Of a stretch of 9,913 nucleotides of DNA, positions 1-8,900 are shown piece after piece. This DNA comes from an uncultured archaeon (GTDB taxonomy: Archaea; Asgardarchaeota; Thorarchaeia; Thorarchaeales; CAZPUN01), in NCBI GenBank assembly GCA_964589775.1, contig CAZPUN010000014.1, forward strand, positions 1 to 9,913, in the 5' to 3' direction. The first letter of the stretch is position 1, and the number at the start of each line of letters is the position of its first letter. A program made the position numbers and the translations under genes. The notes below the pieces were generated by a model that had not been told where the DNA came from, ran no database searches, and saw only the letters and a list, made by a program, of their open reading frames with translations.

Positions 1-1
1 A

Positions 2-2197
2 GAAAAGATATTTTACAAAATATTTTCCAAGATTTCTGTAAATAGTGAAATTATTGAGGAATATATTAAGAATCCTTATTTTCGGGCTAAACTATTAATT
101 AGAAAGCCAAATATTTATTTCATAAATTTTGATGAATTGGACAAAGAAATTGAAAAAATAGAAAATTATTATTACAAAGCAAAACTGTTAATAGAAGCTG
201 CAATATCTTTAAACTATAGAAAGAAATATTATTTGTTAGATAAAGCATATAAAATTTCAGAAAGAATAAAAAATCACTGGAAACGAGCCGAAATTATAAG
301 TTCGATAGCCATATACATAAATAATGAACAGGCAAAAGAACTACTAAATTATGTTTATTATCTATTGATAGGTACTTCATATGAATATAAGGTAAAAATA
401 TTATACAATATTGCAAAACATATTGTGGATACACATCCGGATCTTGCATTAAAATTCATTAATAAGGCAAACGAAATTGCTGAACATATTAAAAATCCAA
501 TAAATAGGTCGGATATAATGTATGATATTGCATTAATTGCGAAAAAAGCAGATCCTAAACAATTTGAACGTTTATTAGTAAAGGTAGAAAAAACTGCCGA
601 AAAAATTGAAGATCCATATGAGAAAACACGAATTTTGTTTAGAGTTGTAAATCAATATGATATGATAAATTCAAAGAATGCTGATTCAATATTTGAAAGC
701 ATATATAAAGAAATAAAGGAACTATTAGGTAATGATAATGAACATATGCCAGGTCTAATGCGATATTTACATGCAATTATTTTAAGAAAAGCATCTAGAA
801 ATCCTGAAGAAGCGATAGAGACTTGTATGAAAATATCTGATTTGCGAGTAAAATATGAATTACTTTGTACGATAATTATCAATATAGACAATCCAATATT
901 ACTGAATAAAATATTAAAAAAGGCAGAAAGTGAATTTATTGATACAGATTATTTATCAAAAATAGAATTTAAAATAGTTAAGCAATTTCTTAAATTTGAT
1001 ATCGATAAAGCAATTGAAGTTGCTGATATTATTCCTAATTCATATTATAAAGCGAAAGCTATGTTTGAAATTAGTTTTTACCTTGCAGATAAGGATGCCG
1101 AAAAATCTTCTGGATTTTTGGAAAAAGCAAAATCAATAGCAAATGAAATTGAAGATCCAATAAATAAAATAAAGATGATAAGTAAGATTGCAAAATATAT
1201 TTCGAGAAGTGAACCTTCAAGGGCTGAGGAACTTTTTAACATCACGATAGAACAAACGAAAGAGCTTAATGGTCCAAGGAAAAAAGAAATTTTGATTTTT
1301 CTTATAAATCGTATATATAATGCAAAAATAGATAATTCATCATTATTAATTCAAAAGATAATAGATGAAAATTTGACTTACAGAGATGAATTGATATCTA
1401 GAATAATAGACCATCTAATTGAGGCAGATATAAACGAGGCAATTAATCTTACTGATATGATCAAAGATCCGTATACTAAATTTCAAAATATTTACAAAAT
1501 TGCAAAAGTATGTGAATCCTTGATTTACGAAGACAGAATGCGGGCTACTGAATTATATCATAAAGGCGTAAATTTAGTGAAGGAAATAATTAATGAGAAA
1601 CCTCTGAATTTAATTCGTGAATACTTATTTAGGATGAGTATTTTAAAGAACTATGGCTCGATAGACATTTCATTAGATAATAAAATAGATATTTTTGCTA
1701 ATTACATAAATAAAGAATTAAATAAAAAGCAAAATAGCGAAACAATCATTCAGACAATTATTGTTTTATGTAAATTTTCCAATTATACTCTTACAGGAAA
1801 ATATGGCATTACTTTAAAAAACTTATATGATAGATTAAAGTTAAATTATGGATTTCATATTATTAATCCGCAATCTGATGATATATTGGACGTGATTCTT
1901 AATAAAATCGAAAGTGATGAAAATAAAATTAAATTATTAAAGATATTACAGATACCCATTACAATTTGTAAAGATAAAAAAATTGTTGATTTAGAAACTG
2001 TAAATTCCAATGAATTGATTAATTATTTTGTCTCTCTAAACACACTTAATTTTGAAGATTGGTTATCTAAATTCTTTGATATTCTCTTTGAGCGAAAACT
2101 GCAACTTTCACAATTGGAAAAATTATCCCTAATTATATTTAAACATGGTATAATTGAACCGTTGAAAATTTTTCTAGAAACCAGTGAGATCAACTGA
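2..2197 (+). CDS. Alpha-solenoid (TPR/HEAT-like) helical repeat protein, 5'-truncated by the window (at least 731 aa)
   Basis: The ORF track starts at TTG 137, but the same frame has no stop from nt 2 (EKIFYKIFSKISVNSEIIEEYIKNPYFRAKLLIRKPNIYFINFDE-LDKE) and that extension holds another repeat copy. Recurring motif I-[EK]-[DN]-P-x-x-[KR]-x-x-x-[LIM] at about 31-39 aa spacing. Stop TGA 2195-2197. No catalytic motif recognised. Confidence 0.8.
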   Translation, partial: EKIFYKIFSKISVNSEIIEEYIKNPYFRAKLLIRKPNIYFINFDELDKEIEKIENYYYKAKLLIEAAISLNYRKKYYLLDKAYKISERIKNHWKRAEIISSIAIYINNEQAKELLNYVYYLLIGTSYEYKVKILYNIAKHIVDTHPDLALKFINKANEIAEHIKNPINRSDIMYDIALIAKKADPKQFERLLVKVEKTAEKIEDPYEKTRILFRVVNQYDMINSKNADSIFESIYKEIKELLGNDNEHMPGLMRYLHAIILRKASRNPEEAIETCMKISDLRVKYELLCTIIINIDNPILLNKILKKAESEFIDTDYLSKIEFKIVKQFLKFDIDKAIEVADIIPNSYYKAKAMFEISFYLADKDAEKSSGFLEKAKSIANEIEDPINKIKMISKIAKYISRSEPSRAEELFNITIEQTKELNGPRKKEILIFLINRIYNAKIDNSSLLIQKIIDENLTYRDELISRIIDHLIEADINEAINLTDMIKDPYTKFQNIYKIAKVCESLIYEDRMRATELYHKGVNLVKEIINEKPLNLIREYLFRMSILKNYGSIDISLDNKIDIFANYINKELNKKQNSETIIQTIIVLCKFSNYTLTGKYGITLKNLYDRLKLNYGFHIINPQSDDILDVILNKIESDENKIKLLKILQIPITICKDKKIVDLETVNSNELINYFVSLNTLNFEDWLSKFFDILFERKLQLSQLEKLSLIIFKHGIIEPLKIFLETSEIN

Positions 2198-2291
2198 CAC
2201 TTTGTGTTTCAAATATGTTTCATAAATTATTCACGTTATATTTTGTATAAGTCAATACTTTTACAATTGAAAAAGATAGTTATTTTTACCT

Positions 2292-2303
2292 AAAAAAGAG
2301 AAA
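2292..2303 (-). terminator. Putative oligo-U terminator of the PLC/DUF4332 gene
   Basis: - strand TTTCTC-TTTTTT; T6 starts 19 nt after the stop; no GC hairpin. Confidence 0.5.
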
Positions 2304-2316
2304 TGAAGGTAGAGTT

Positions 2317-3831
2317 TTATTCTTTTGCCGCACTGATCCACTCATTTACTTCCTTTTCGTCTGGGATTTTACCGCCTCGCATTGCACGTTTGCCTTCTTT
2401 AGTTGCTACGAATTCTCGGGCTTTCTTCAGGACTTCATCGGGGTTTGCGTTTGCGAGTTTCTCTTTTGTATCGTATCCTATTCCGATGAGGATCTGGGCG
2501 TCATGACCACGTAGGACACGAACTGTCATCATGAGTTTAGATTCCTTCTGCCAGCGTGCGATATCGTCTGGTTTAATTCGTCTGTGTGCGAGTTTTTTGG
2601 CGAGTTCTGTCGGGTCTGCTTCTATGAGGTCTTTTACGGTTATAATTCCAACATCATTCAGGCGTTTAGCGGTTGTTTTACCTATTTCTGGGGCATCTTC
2701 AATGGGATCTTCTGCAAAGAGGTATGGGCCTCGTTTTCTACTCTTTTTCGTTTTTGAAGGCTTTTCTTTTGTTTTGCGTTCAGGGATTTTGGCTGGTTCG
2801 GTTTTAGGTTTTGTTTTTTCAGGTAATTTTTTCTTTTCATGTTCCACAGCGACTTTTGTTTTGCTTTTCTTAATAGTTGGTTCCGGTTTTACTTTTGTTT
2901 TGCGTGTTTTTCTGCTTTGGTGTCTCCTACGTAGTTTTGGTTTCTTCAGGTGGCCTTTTCTATCCAGTTCATCGAAGTATTTAATCTGACCTTTCTCATC
3001 TGGCGTTAGGGATTTATTTACATCTCCAGTCCTCTTAAATTCGTGAGTCATCGCCTTAACAATTTTGGCATGTTCTTTTTCTTCCTTTGCTTTCTTGCCC
3101 ATTTTAATAGGCGACAGAATAGCATCTTTCAGAGCGACAAGAATCGAAAGGACGCGAGGGGGTTTCACGCCTGCTTCTTTTATGGCTCGCATCCATACTG
3201 AGCCTGTTAGACTAATGGCACCTTCGAGAAGATGTGCGTTGATCTCAACAAGTCTTGGCACGATACCTGCAGGAGGTCCTTCGCGGGTTGCAGCGGCAAG
3301 ATCAAATTCTACGATAGATTCTGTATAATAGTTGAAGCTATCAAAAGCCGCTTTGATTACTGCATCCTTAATTGAAGGGACCTCATATAGTTTGAGATGC
3401 ATCAGCATGTCATATTCCTTAAAATGTTTAGCGGAGCCGAATTCATGAATCTTATGCACGATTTTTTCCTCTTTTGTCTGCCCCGTATGCATAGGATGGT
3501 GTACATCTGCGAGATAATGAGATGTAATACCTGCATAAAGTACAGCGGAACGCCAATTTTTTCTTTTCAATGCCTCTACCATTTTTGAATAATAGAATTC
3601 CGCAGCTTTAGGTGCCCCGCCCCAATTGGGTGGATGAAAAACATGGTTTCTAAAGTCATGAAATTCTTTATCCGGAATTTTAGCACCACGGACAAGGTCA
3701 TCGCTGAACTTCAGGAATAGGTTTGCCCATTTATCATCAATTAGCGTAAGAGCTCGTATGGATATCCATCTATGTGTTCCATATCCTTTTGTTTTCAGAG
3801 CGACCTTATATGCGGGATCATTTTCAATCAT
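2317..3831 (-). CDS. Zn-dependent phospholipase C/P1-nuclease-fold domain fused to DUF4332-like (2x helix-hairpin-helix) domain
   Basis: 504 aa. N-terminal GTH20, PD54, NH63, H105-YLA-D109-x5-H115 and H126-x3-E130 match the trinuclear Zn ligand pattern of the PLC/P1 superfamily. C-terminal IEDAPEIGKTTAKRLNDVGIITVKDL, VRVLRGHDAQILIGIGYDTKEKLA and the ending P-x3-EV-x2-WI-x2-A are typical of DUF4332. In-frame stop 5 codons upstream fixes the ATG; SD-like GAGTTGAT at 3845-3838. Confidence 0.8.
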   Translation of the reverse strand: MIENDPAYKVALKTKGYGTHRWISIRALTLIDDKWANLFLKFSDDLVRGAKIPDKEFHDFRNHVFHPPNWGGAPKAAEFYYSKMVEALKRKNWRSAVLYAGITSHYLADVHHPMHTGQTKEEKIVHKIHEFGSAKHFKEYDMLMHLKLYEVPSIKDAVIKAAFDSFNYYTESIVEFDLAAATREGPPAGIVPRLVEINAHLLEGAISLTGSVWMRAIKEAGVKPPRVLSILVALKDAILSPIKMGKKAKEEKEHAKIVKAMTHEFKRTGDVNKSLTPDEKGQIKYFDELDRKGHLKKPKLRRRHQSRKTRKTKVKPEPTIKKSKTKVAVEHEKKKLPEKTKPKTEPAKIPERKTKEKPSKTKKSRKRGPYLFAEDPIEDAPEIGKTTAKRLNDVGIITVKDLIEADPTELAKKLAHRRIKPDDIARWQKESKLMMTVRVLRGHDAQILIGIGYDTKEKLANANPDEVLKKAREFVATKEGKRAMRGGKIPDEKEVNEWISAAKE

Positions 3832-4017
3832 ATATGCATCAACTCATTTCTATTTCGAGTAATATCTAACTAATATACATATAATTGGTACAATAAAAGT
3901 ATTAGCTTGTTCTAAATTGAAAGTCGAATGTTTTAGCAGGATATATCACAAAGGCAAAACAAAGTTCCAAAGATGTTAATGTATCTATAGTATCTATTAG
4001 TGATATCCTTTTATATC

Positions 4018-4031
4018 AAAAAAGGAGAGGG
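4018..4031 (-). terminator. Putative oligo-U terminator of the GH9 gene
   Basis: - strand CCCTCTCC-TTTTTT; T6 starts 16 nt after the stop. Confidence 0.5.
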
Positions 4032-4039
4032 ATCGAAGA

Positions 4040-5725
4040 TCAAAGTATCGAAAACAGGAAGATCATAAATCCCTGAGACCGTATTGTAGGTTCATTTCCG
4101 ACATAATTCCAAACGTAATCCTGATAAAATGCCTTATCCGACTGGAATATAGCAAACGGGTCTGCAGTCGAATTGAGGGTTTCAATATTGTTATCGAGAA
4201 TAATTTGCCGTGATACACCGCCTTCTGAAAGGATCCCCGGTACCTGAAGATTCTCAATATATAGAATTTGATGATGTAGGTGATGTGGGTACACCTCTCC
4301 ATGGCCAGTTACAAAGCATACGCCCCATTGATTGATTCCAAAGGCATAATTAACAGCGTAGTCTATGATTTTTGCGTAGTGATTGTTTCCAGAAGTTTTT
4401 TCATACATCCAAGTAGCAATACCTACATTTATGATTGCAGGGACAGACCCCCAGAAGTATTCTGTATAGAGAAAATGAAGTGGGTCGTTATTTCCATTTG
4501 AGATGTAGTATTCCATATCGTAATAATAATGGTCTTGGGAATAGCCATTTTCGTGAAGATGAAGATATGCAAAAATATTACTTACCGTGAAATATAGATT
4601 TGTATTCTGAGTGAATGTTTCTTCAAAATTTGTGGCACTATTATAATATGTGTTGTTATTGGTTATGTTATACAGCAGAATGGCAGCAAGAGCCATATCG
4701 TCATGGACTTCATCATCTGCGTAAGCCAAGTCGCCATTCCCCATGTCTGTTTGTTGGATCCCCATGTTATGAAGTCCGAAATTATAAAGATCAATTGCTT
4801 CATTGAGCGCATCTGAATCAGGTATTAATTCTGGAGTGATACCTCTGTTGTGTAATATGTATGCAAGAGATAGAGCTGCGGAGGCAGCTCCCGCTATATT
4901 AGCACCTTTTCCGCTTTCGCAAACATATACAGGTCTTGGATTTAGAATATCATCCTCTGGCAGGCGGAATCCCTGAGAATGATCTGTAACATTTCCTACC
5001 ATATATATAAGTGCGGACATATTTGGTAGCCATGTTCGTTTAATCCAATCGAGTCCCCATCGAAGCGTGTTCAAGAATCTTTCCGTTGGTGCGATATGAC
5101 CATATATTAGAGATTCCTCAAGCAAAATTAATGTCTCTGCAGTAGTTCGAGTGAATTTTAGATAGTCTCCTGCATCATGCCATCCGCCTGTCATATTTAC
5201 ATATGTGCCTTTCCATGGTCCATTATATATAATTCCATCTTGGAGATGTCCTGCGGCATGATACGGCGATTTTCCACATTGGTTGAGTTCGAGAAAATTC
5301 AGAGCATCACTTACAAGGCTCGAATAGGGCTCTGCCTTAACACTAAACGGATACGAGTAAACGGAGCCAATCTTAATTTTGTAGGTACCCGCTGTCAAGC
5401 TTGTGAAATTTAGTTCATAATGATGTAGAAATCCATAGCCGCTTCCTAGATCTTCAGAGATATTTGCTTTCAAAATTGTAGTGCCCGTTAAGTCTACGAT
5501 TGTGTATTCCATTCCCTGCAAATTGAGATCAGTTCTAACAATTGCATATTTCGGATGATTCTCAATATATCCGATTTGGTTTACCATAATATAGGGATAG
5601 TTCTTAGTTCCTTGCTGCCAATTTGTATTTTGCGGCTGCAAGAAATTTAGAATGTTCCGAAGTGGTGTAAACAAGAACAAAATAGCTACAATAATAATAA
5701 TCGCAACAGCTGTCCGCTTTCTCAA
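4040..5725 (-). CDS. Glycoside hydrolase family 9 (endoglucanase-like) with N-terminal signal/anchor helix and CelD_N-type Ig-like domain
   Basis: 561 aa. MRKR plus hydrophobic helix (aa 6-19); VNQIGY-x4-PKYAIV (CelD_N); TGGWHDAGDYLKF (catalytic D184/D187); LRWGLDWI; FVTGHG-x3-PHHLHH; YQD-x4-Y-x2-NEPTI (catalytic acid E545). TTG start with GGAGGT 6 nt upstream. Confidence 0.92.
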   Translation of the reverse strand: MRKRTAVAIIIIVAILFLFTPLRNILNFLQPQNTNWQQGTKNYPYIMVNQIGYIENHPKYAIVRTDLNLQGMEYTIVDLTGTTILKANISEDLGSGYGFLHHYELNFTSLTAGTYKIKIGSVYSYPFSVKAEPYSSLVSDALNFLELNQCGKSPYHAAGHLQDGIIYNGPWKGTYVNMTGGWHDAGDYLKFTRTTAETLILLEESLIYGHIAPTERFLNTLRWGLDWIKRTWLPNMSALIYMVGNVTDHSQGFRLPEDDILNPRPVYVCESGKGANIAGAASAALSLAYILHNRGITPELIPDSDALNEAIDLYNFGLHNMGIQQTDMGNGDLAYADDEVHDDMALAAILLYNITNNNTYYNSATNFEETFTQNTNLYFTVSNIFAYLHLHENGYSQDHYYYDMEYYISNGNNDPLHFLYTEYFWGSVPAIINVGIATWMYEKTSGNNHYAKIIDYAVNYAFGINQWGVCFVTGHGEVYPHHLHHQILYIENLQVPGILSEGGVSRQIILDNNIETLNSTADPFAIFQSDKAFYQDYVWNYVGNEPTIRSQGFMIFLFSIL

Positions 5726-5731
5726 AAATTA

Positions 5732-5737
5732 ACCTCC
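5732..5737 (-). promoter_or_regulatory. Shine-Dalgarno site of the GH9 gene
   Basis: GGAGGT on the - strand, 6 nt before TTG 5725. Confidence 0.8.
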
Positions 5738-5767
5738 CAGTAACAATGGAATTAATTTTGTAAATCG

Positions 5768-5787
5768 ATTATAAAAAATTTGCTTTT
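5768..5787 (-). promoter_or_regulatory. Putative archaeal-type promoter (purine-rich element + TATA box) for the GH9 gene
   Basis: - strand AAAAGCAAATTTTTTATAAT; the TATA-like TTTATAA lies about 44 nt before the start codon. The AT-rich background limits specificity. Confidence 0.4.
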
Positions 5788-5969
5788 TCATGCTCCATGA
5801 TGAAAGTAGAATCGATTGAACTTCTTAGTTGTAAATTGTATATATTTTTCGTAAATAAAATAATTTACTTGAAGAATATATAATTCCTCTAGAGATAACA
5901 ATGAAACATCAAATTGATAAAAACTCAGCACTTTCAATAAAATAATAAAATCCATGAAATATATAAAAT

Positions 5970-5982
5970 AAAAAAGAGTGGG
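5970..5982 (-). terminator. Putative oligo-U terminator of ileS
   Basis: - strand CCCACTC-TTTTTT(ATTTT); T6 starts 15 nt after the stop. Confidence 0.5.
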
Positions 5983-5990
5983 AAAATCTT

Positions 5991-8900
5991 CTATTTCTGA
6001 ACTACTTCGATTTTTATTTTCAATTTAGCGATGTCCCAATCTTTGGTCATGCCTTTGTTTTTCAATCCTTTTTGTAGAACATCTGCGAGTGTTTCTTTCA
6101 TTATATAGTCATGCATTTTATCGATCGCTTGTTCAAGTTCTTCATCGCCATCATAGTATACTTCGATGTGCTGTGTATATTGCAAATCGAGTTGTTTTCG
6201 CATATCTTGAATTCTTCTGATAACGTCTCTTGCAAGCCCTTCAAGTTTCAACTCATCATCTAGTCGAGTATCTAACAGGACCTCAATTCGCTCTTTTGAA
6301 GCATAAGCATAACCTTCAACGGGTTTCTTCTGAATCTCAATATCCTCGGCTGTTAATTCTACTTGTTTATTCTTGATTTTCAGGACGTATTTGCCTTCTT
6401 TTCTGAGTTTAGATTCGACTTCGTCCGGGTTTGCTTTTGTGAGTGCTTTCTTTATTGCACCTACAAGGTCTCGGTACTTCGGACCGATTGTTGCAAAGTT
6501 AGGCTTGATTTCAGTACTGACGTATTCTGAGATATCATCAACAAATTTGATCTCTTTGATGTTCAGTTCTTCTTTAATTACGTCTATGAGCGGTTCGATC
6601 TCTTCCGCCTGTGTTTCGCTCATTTTTACCAATAGGGTTCTTAAAGGCCATCTTGCTTTAGTCTGTCCGAAGAATCTTGCAGCTCTGCCTGCTTCCACGA
6701 CATTAATTGCAAGACCCATTTTCTCTTCGAGTTCTTTGTCGATGTATTTCTTATTCACTTTTGGATAATCGTTGTGGTGGATACTTTCAGGGGCATCTTT
6801 ATAGACTGATTTTACAAGATTTTGGTACATATGCTCTGTAGTGAATGGTATAAATGGAGCAAGTAGTTTTATAAGCTGAACTAGAACTTCGTAAGTTGTC
6901 AGCAGTGCAGATACTTTGTCCTGAGCCATTTCTTCTTTCCAGAATCTTCGGCGAGAGCGTCTGATGTACCAATTGCTGAGTTCATCAATTACGAATTTTT
7001 CTATTATTCGTCCTGCTTTGTGTAATTGATAATTCTCCATAAATTCGCGGACCTGTGCAGTTAACGTATTAATTCTAGAAAGCAGCCAGCGGTCTAATTC
7101 GGTTCTATCTTTATACTTTAGTTTATACTTTGAAGGATCGAAGTTGTCTATGTTTGCATATGTTACGAAGAAGGTGTATGTATTCCATAGTGTTCCCATG
7201 AACTTCTTTCGGACTTCCATAAGAGCCTTTTCTGAGAATCGCATGGCGTCCCATGGGGCTGTACTTGTAATCAGATACCATCTCAGACTATCTGCACCGT
7301 CTCTATTGAATAATTTCCATGTATCTATGACATTGCCTTTACTTTTACTCATCTTCCGGCCTTTCTCATCAAGAATCAATCCGAGAGTAACTACATTCTT
7401 ATAGGCAGGCTTATTGAATAGTGCCGTAGAGATTGCCATGAGACTGTAGAACCACCCTCGTGTTTGGTCGATTCCTTCTGAAATAAAGTCGATTGGGAAG
7501 TTTTGTTCAAATAGTTCTTTGTTCTCAAATGGATAATGATGCTGAGCGAATGGTGCAGAACCCGAATCGTACCATACATCGATAAGTTCAGGAACGCGTT
7601 TCATATTGCCGCCGCATTCTGGGCATTTCAAAATAACTTCGTCTATATATGGTTTATGCAAGTCATCTAGTTTATACTCCTTGATCGCATGTTTGCGGAT
7701 ATCCTCACGACCGCTTACGGCTAACTTGTGTCCGCATTTTTCACATATCCAAATTGGTAGTGGCGTACCCCAGTATCTTTCTCGGCTTAGAGCCCAATCA
7801 ATTAGATTCTCAAGAAAGTTTCCAAAGCGTCCGTGCTTAATTGTTTCCGGATACCAATTCACTTTTTCATTTATTTTCATGATGTTGTCTTTCAAAGAAG
7901 ACATTTCAATGAACCAGCCCTCACGTGCAAAGTTCAGTAAGGGCGTATCGCATCTCCAACAGAATGGATAGTCGTGTTCGTACAACTCCTTCTTATACAC
8001 TACACCACGTTTCTTGAGATCTCTTATGATAAGCTTATCTGCATCTTTGAAGAATAATCCTTTGTAATCAGTCACTTCATCCTTTACTTTTCCACTTTCA
8101 TCTACTAATTGAATAAATGGCAAGTCGTATTTTTTACCAACTTCATTATCATCTGCACCATATGCAGGAGCTGTATGAACGATACCTGTACCCTCATCGA
8201 TGGTTACAAAATCTGCCGTGACTACGTAGAAGCCTTTCTTATCAACTTGGACATAACTAAAGAGTGGTTCGTATTCCATTCCAAAAAGGTCTTTGCCTTT
8301 ATACTTTTTCAGGACTTTGAAATTGGAGCCAAGAACCTTCTCTGCCCTTGCTTCTGCCAAGATGTACTTCTCATTTTTCTGTTCGACAAGCACGTAATCA
8401 ATGTCCGGATGGACAGATAAGGCAACATTTGAAAGTAATGTCCATGGGGTTGTAGTCCATGCGAGCAAGTATGTGTTTTCTTCACCCTTAACCTTGAATT
8501 TTACAAATAGAGATGGATCCTTTACCGCTCTATAACCTTGGGCAACTTCATGGCTGCTTAATGGCGTGCCGCATCTTGGACAATACCATACGATCTTATG
8601 TCCTTTATATAACAGACCTTTATCGAAGAGCGTTTTCAAGCTCCACCATACGCTTTCCATATAATTAATGTCCATTGTGATATATGGATTATCAAAATCG
8701 AGCCAGAATCCGATACGCTCGCTCATATCCACCCATGCTTGCTTATACTTGAATACACTTTCCTTACACATTTTATTGAATTTCTCTATACCAAAGGCTT
8801 CGATTTCGTGCTTGTGATTAATACCCAGCTGCTTTTCCACTTCAATCTCAACTGGGAGTCCGTGAGTATCCCATCCCGCCTTTCGCGGGACATAGAACCC

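Noticed and set aside
652-891. - strand 79-aa ORF (and likewise + strand 9390-9605)
   Set aside because: Antisense to longer, motif-supported CDSs.
2303-3588. + strand ORFs 2303-2506, 2531-2989, 3065-3328 and 3397-3588
   Set aside because: Antisense shadows of the well-supported 2317-3831 gene; the hydrophobic look of 2531-2989 is the reverse complement of Lys/Glu codons.
4063-5413. Short ORFs inside the GH9 gene (4063-4302, 4280-4501, 4615-4806, 5177-5413)
   Set aside because: Fully nested in a conserved CDS with no recognisable motifs.
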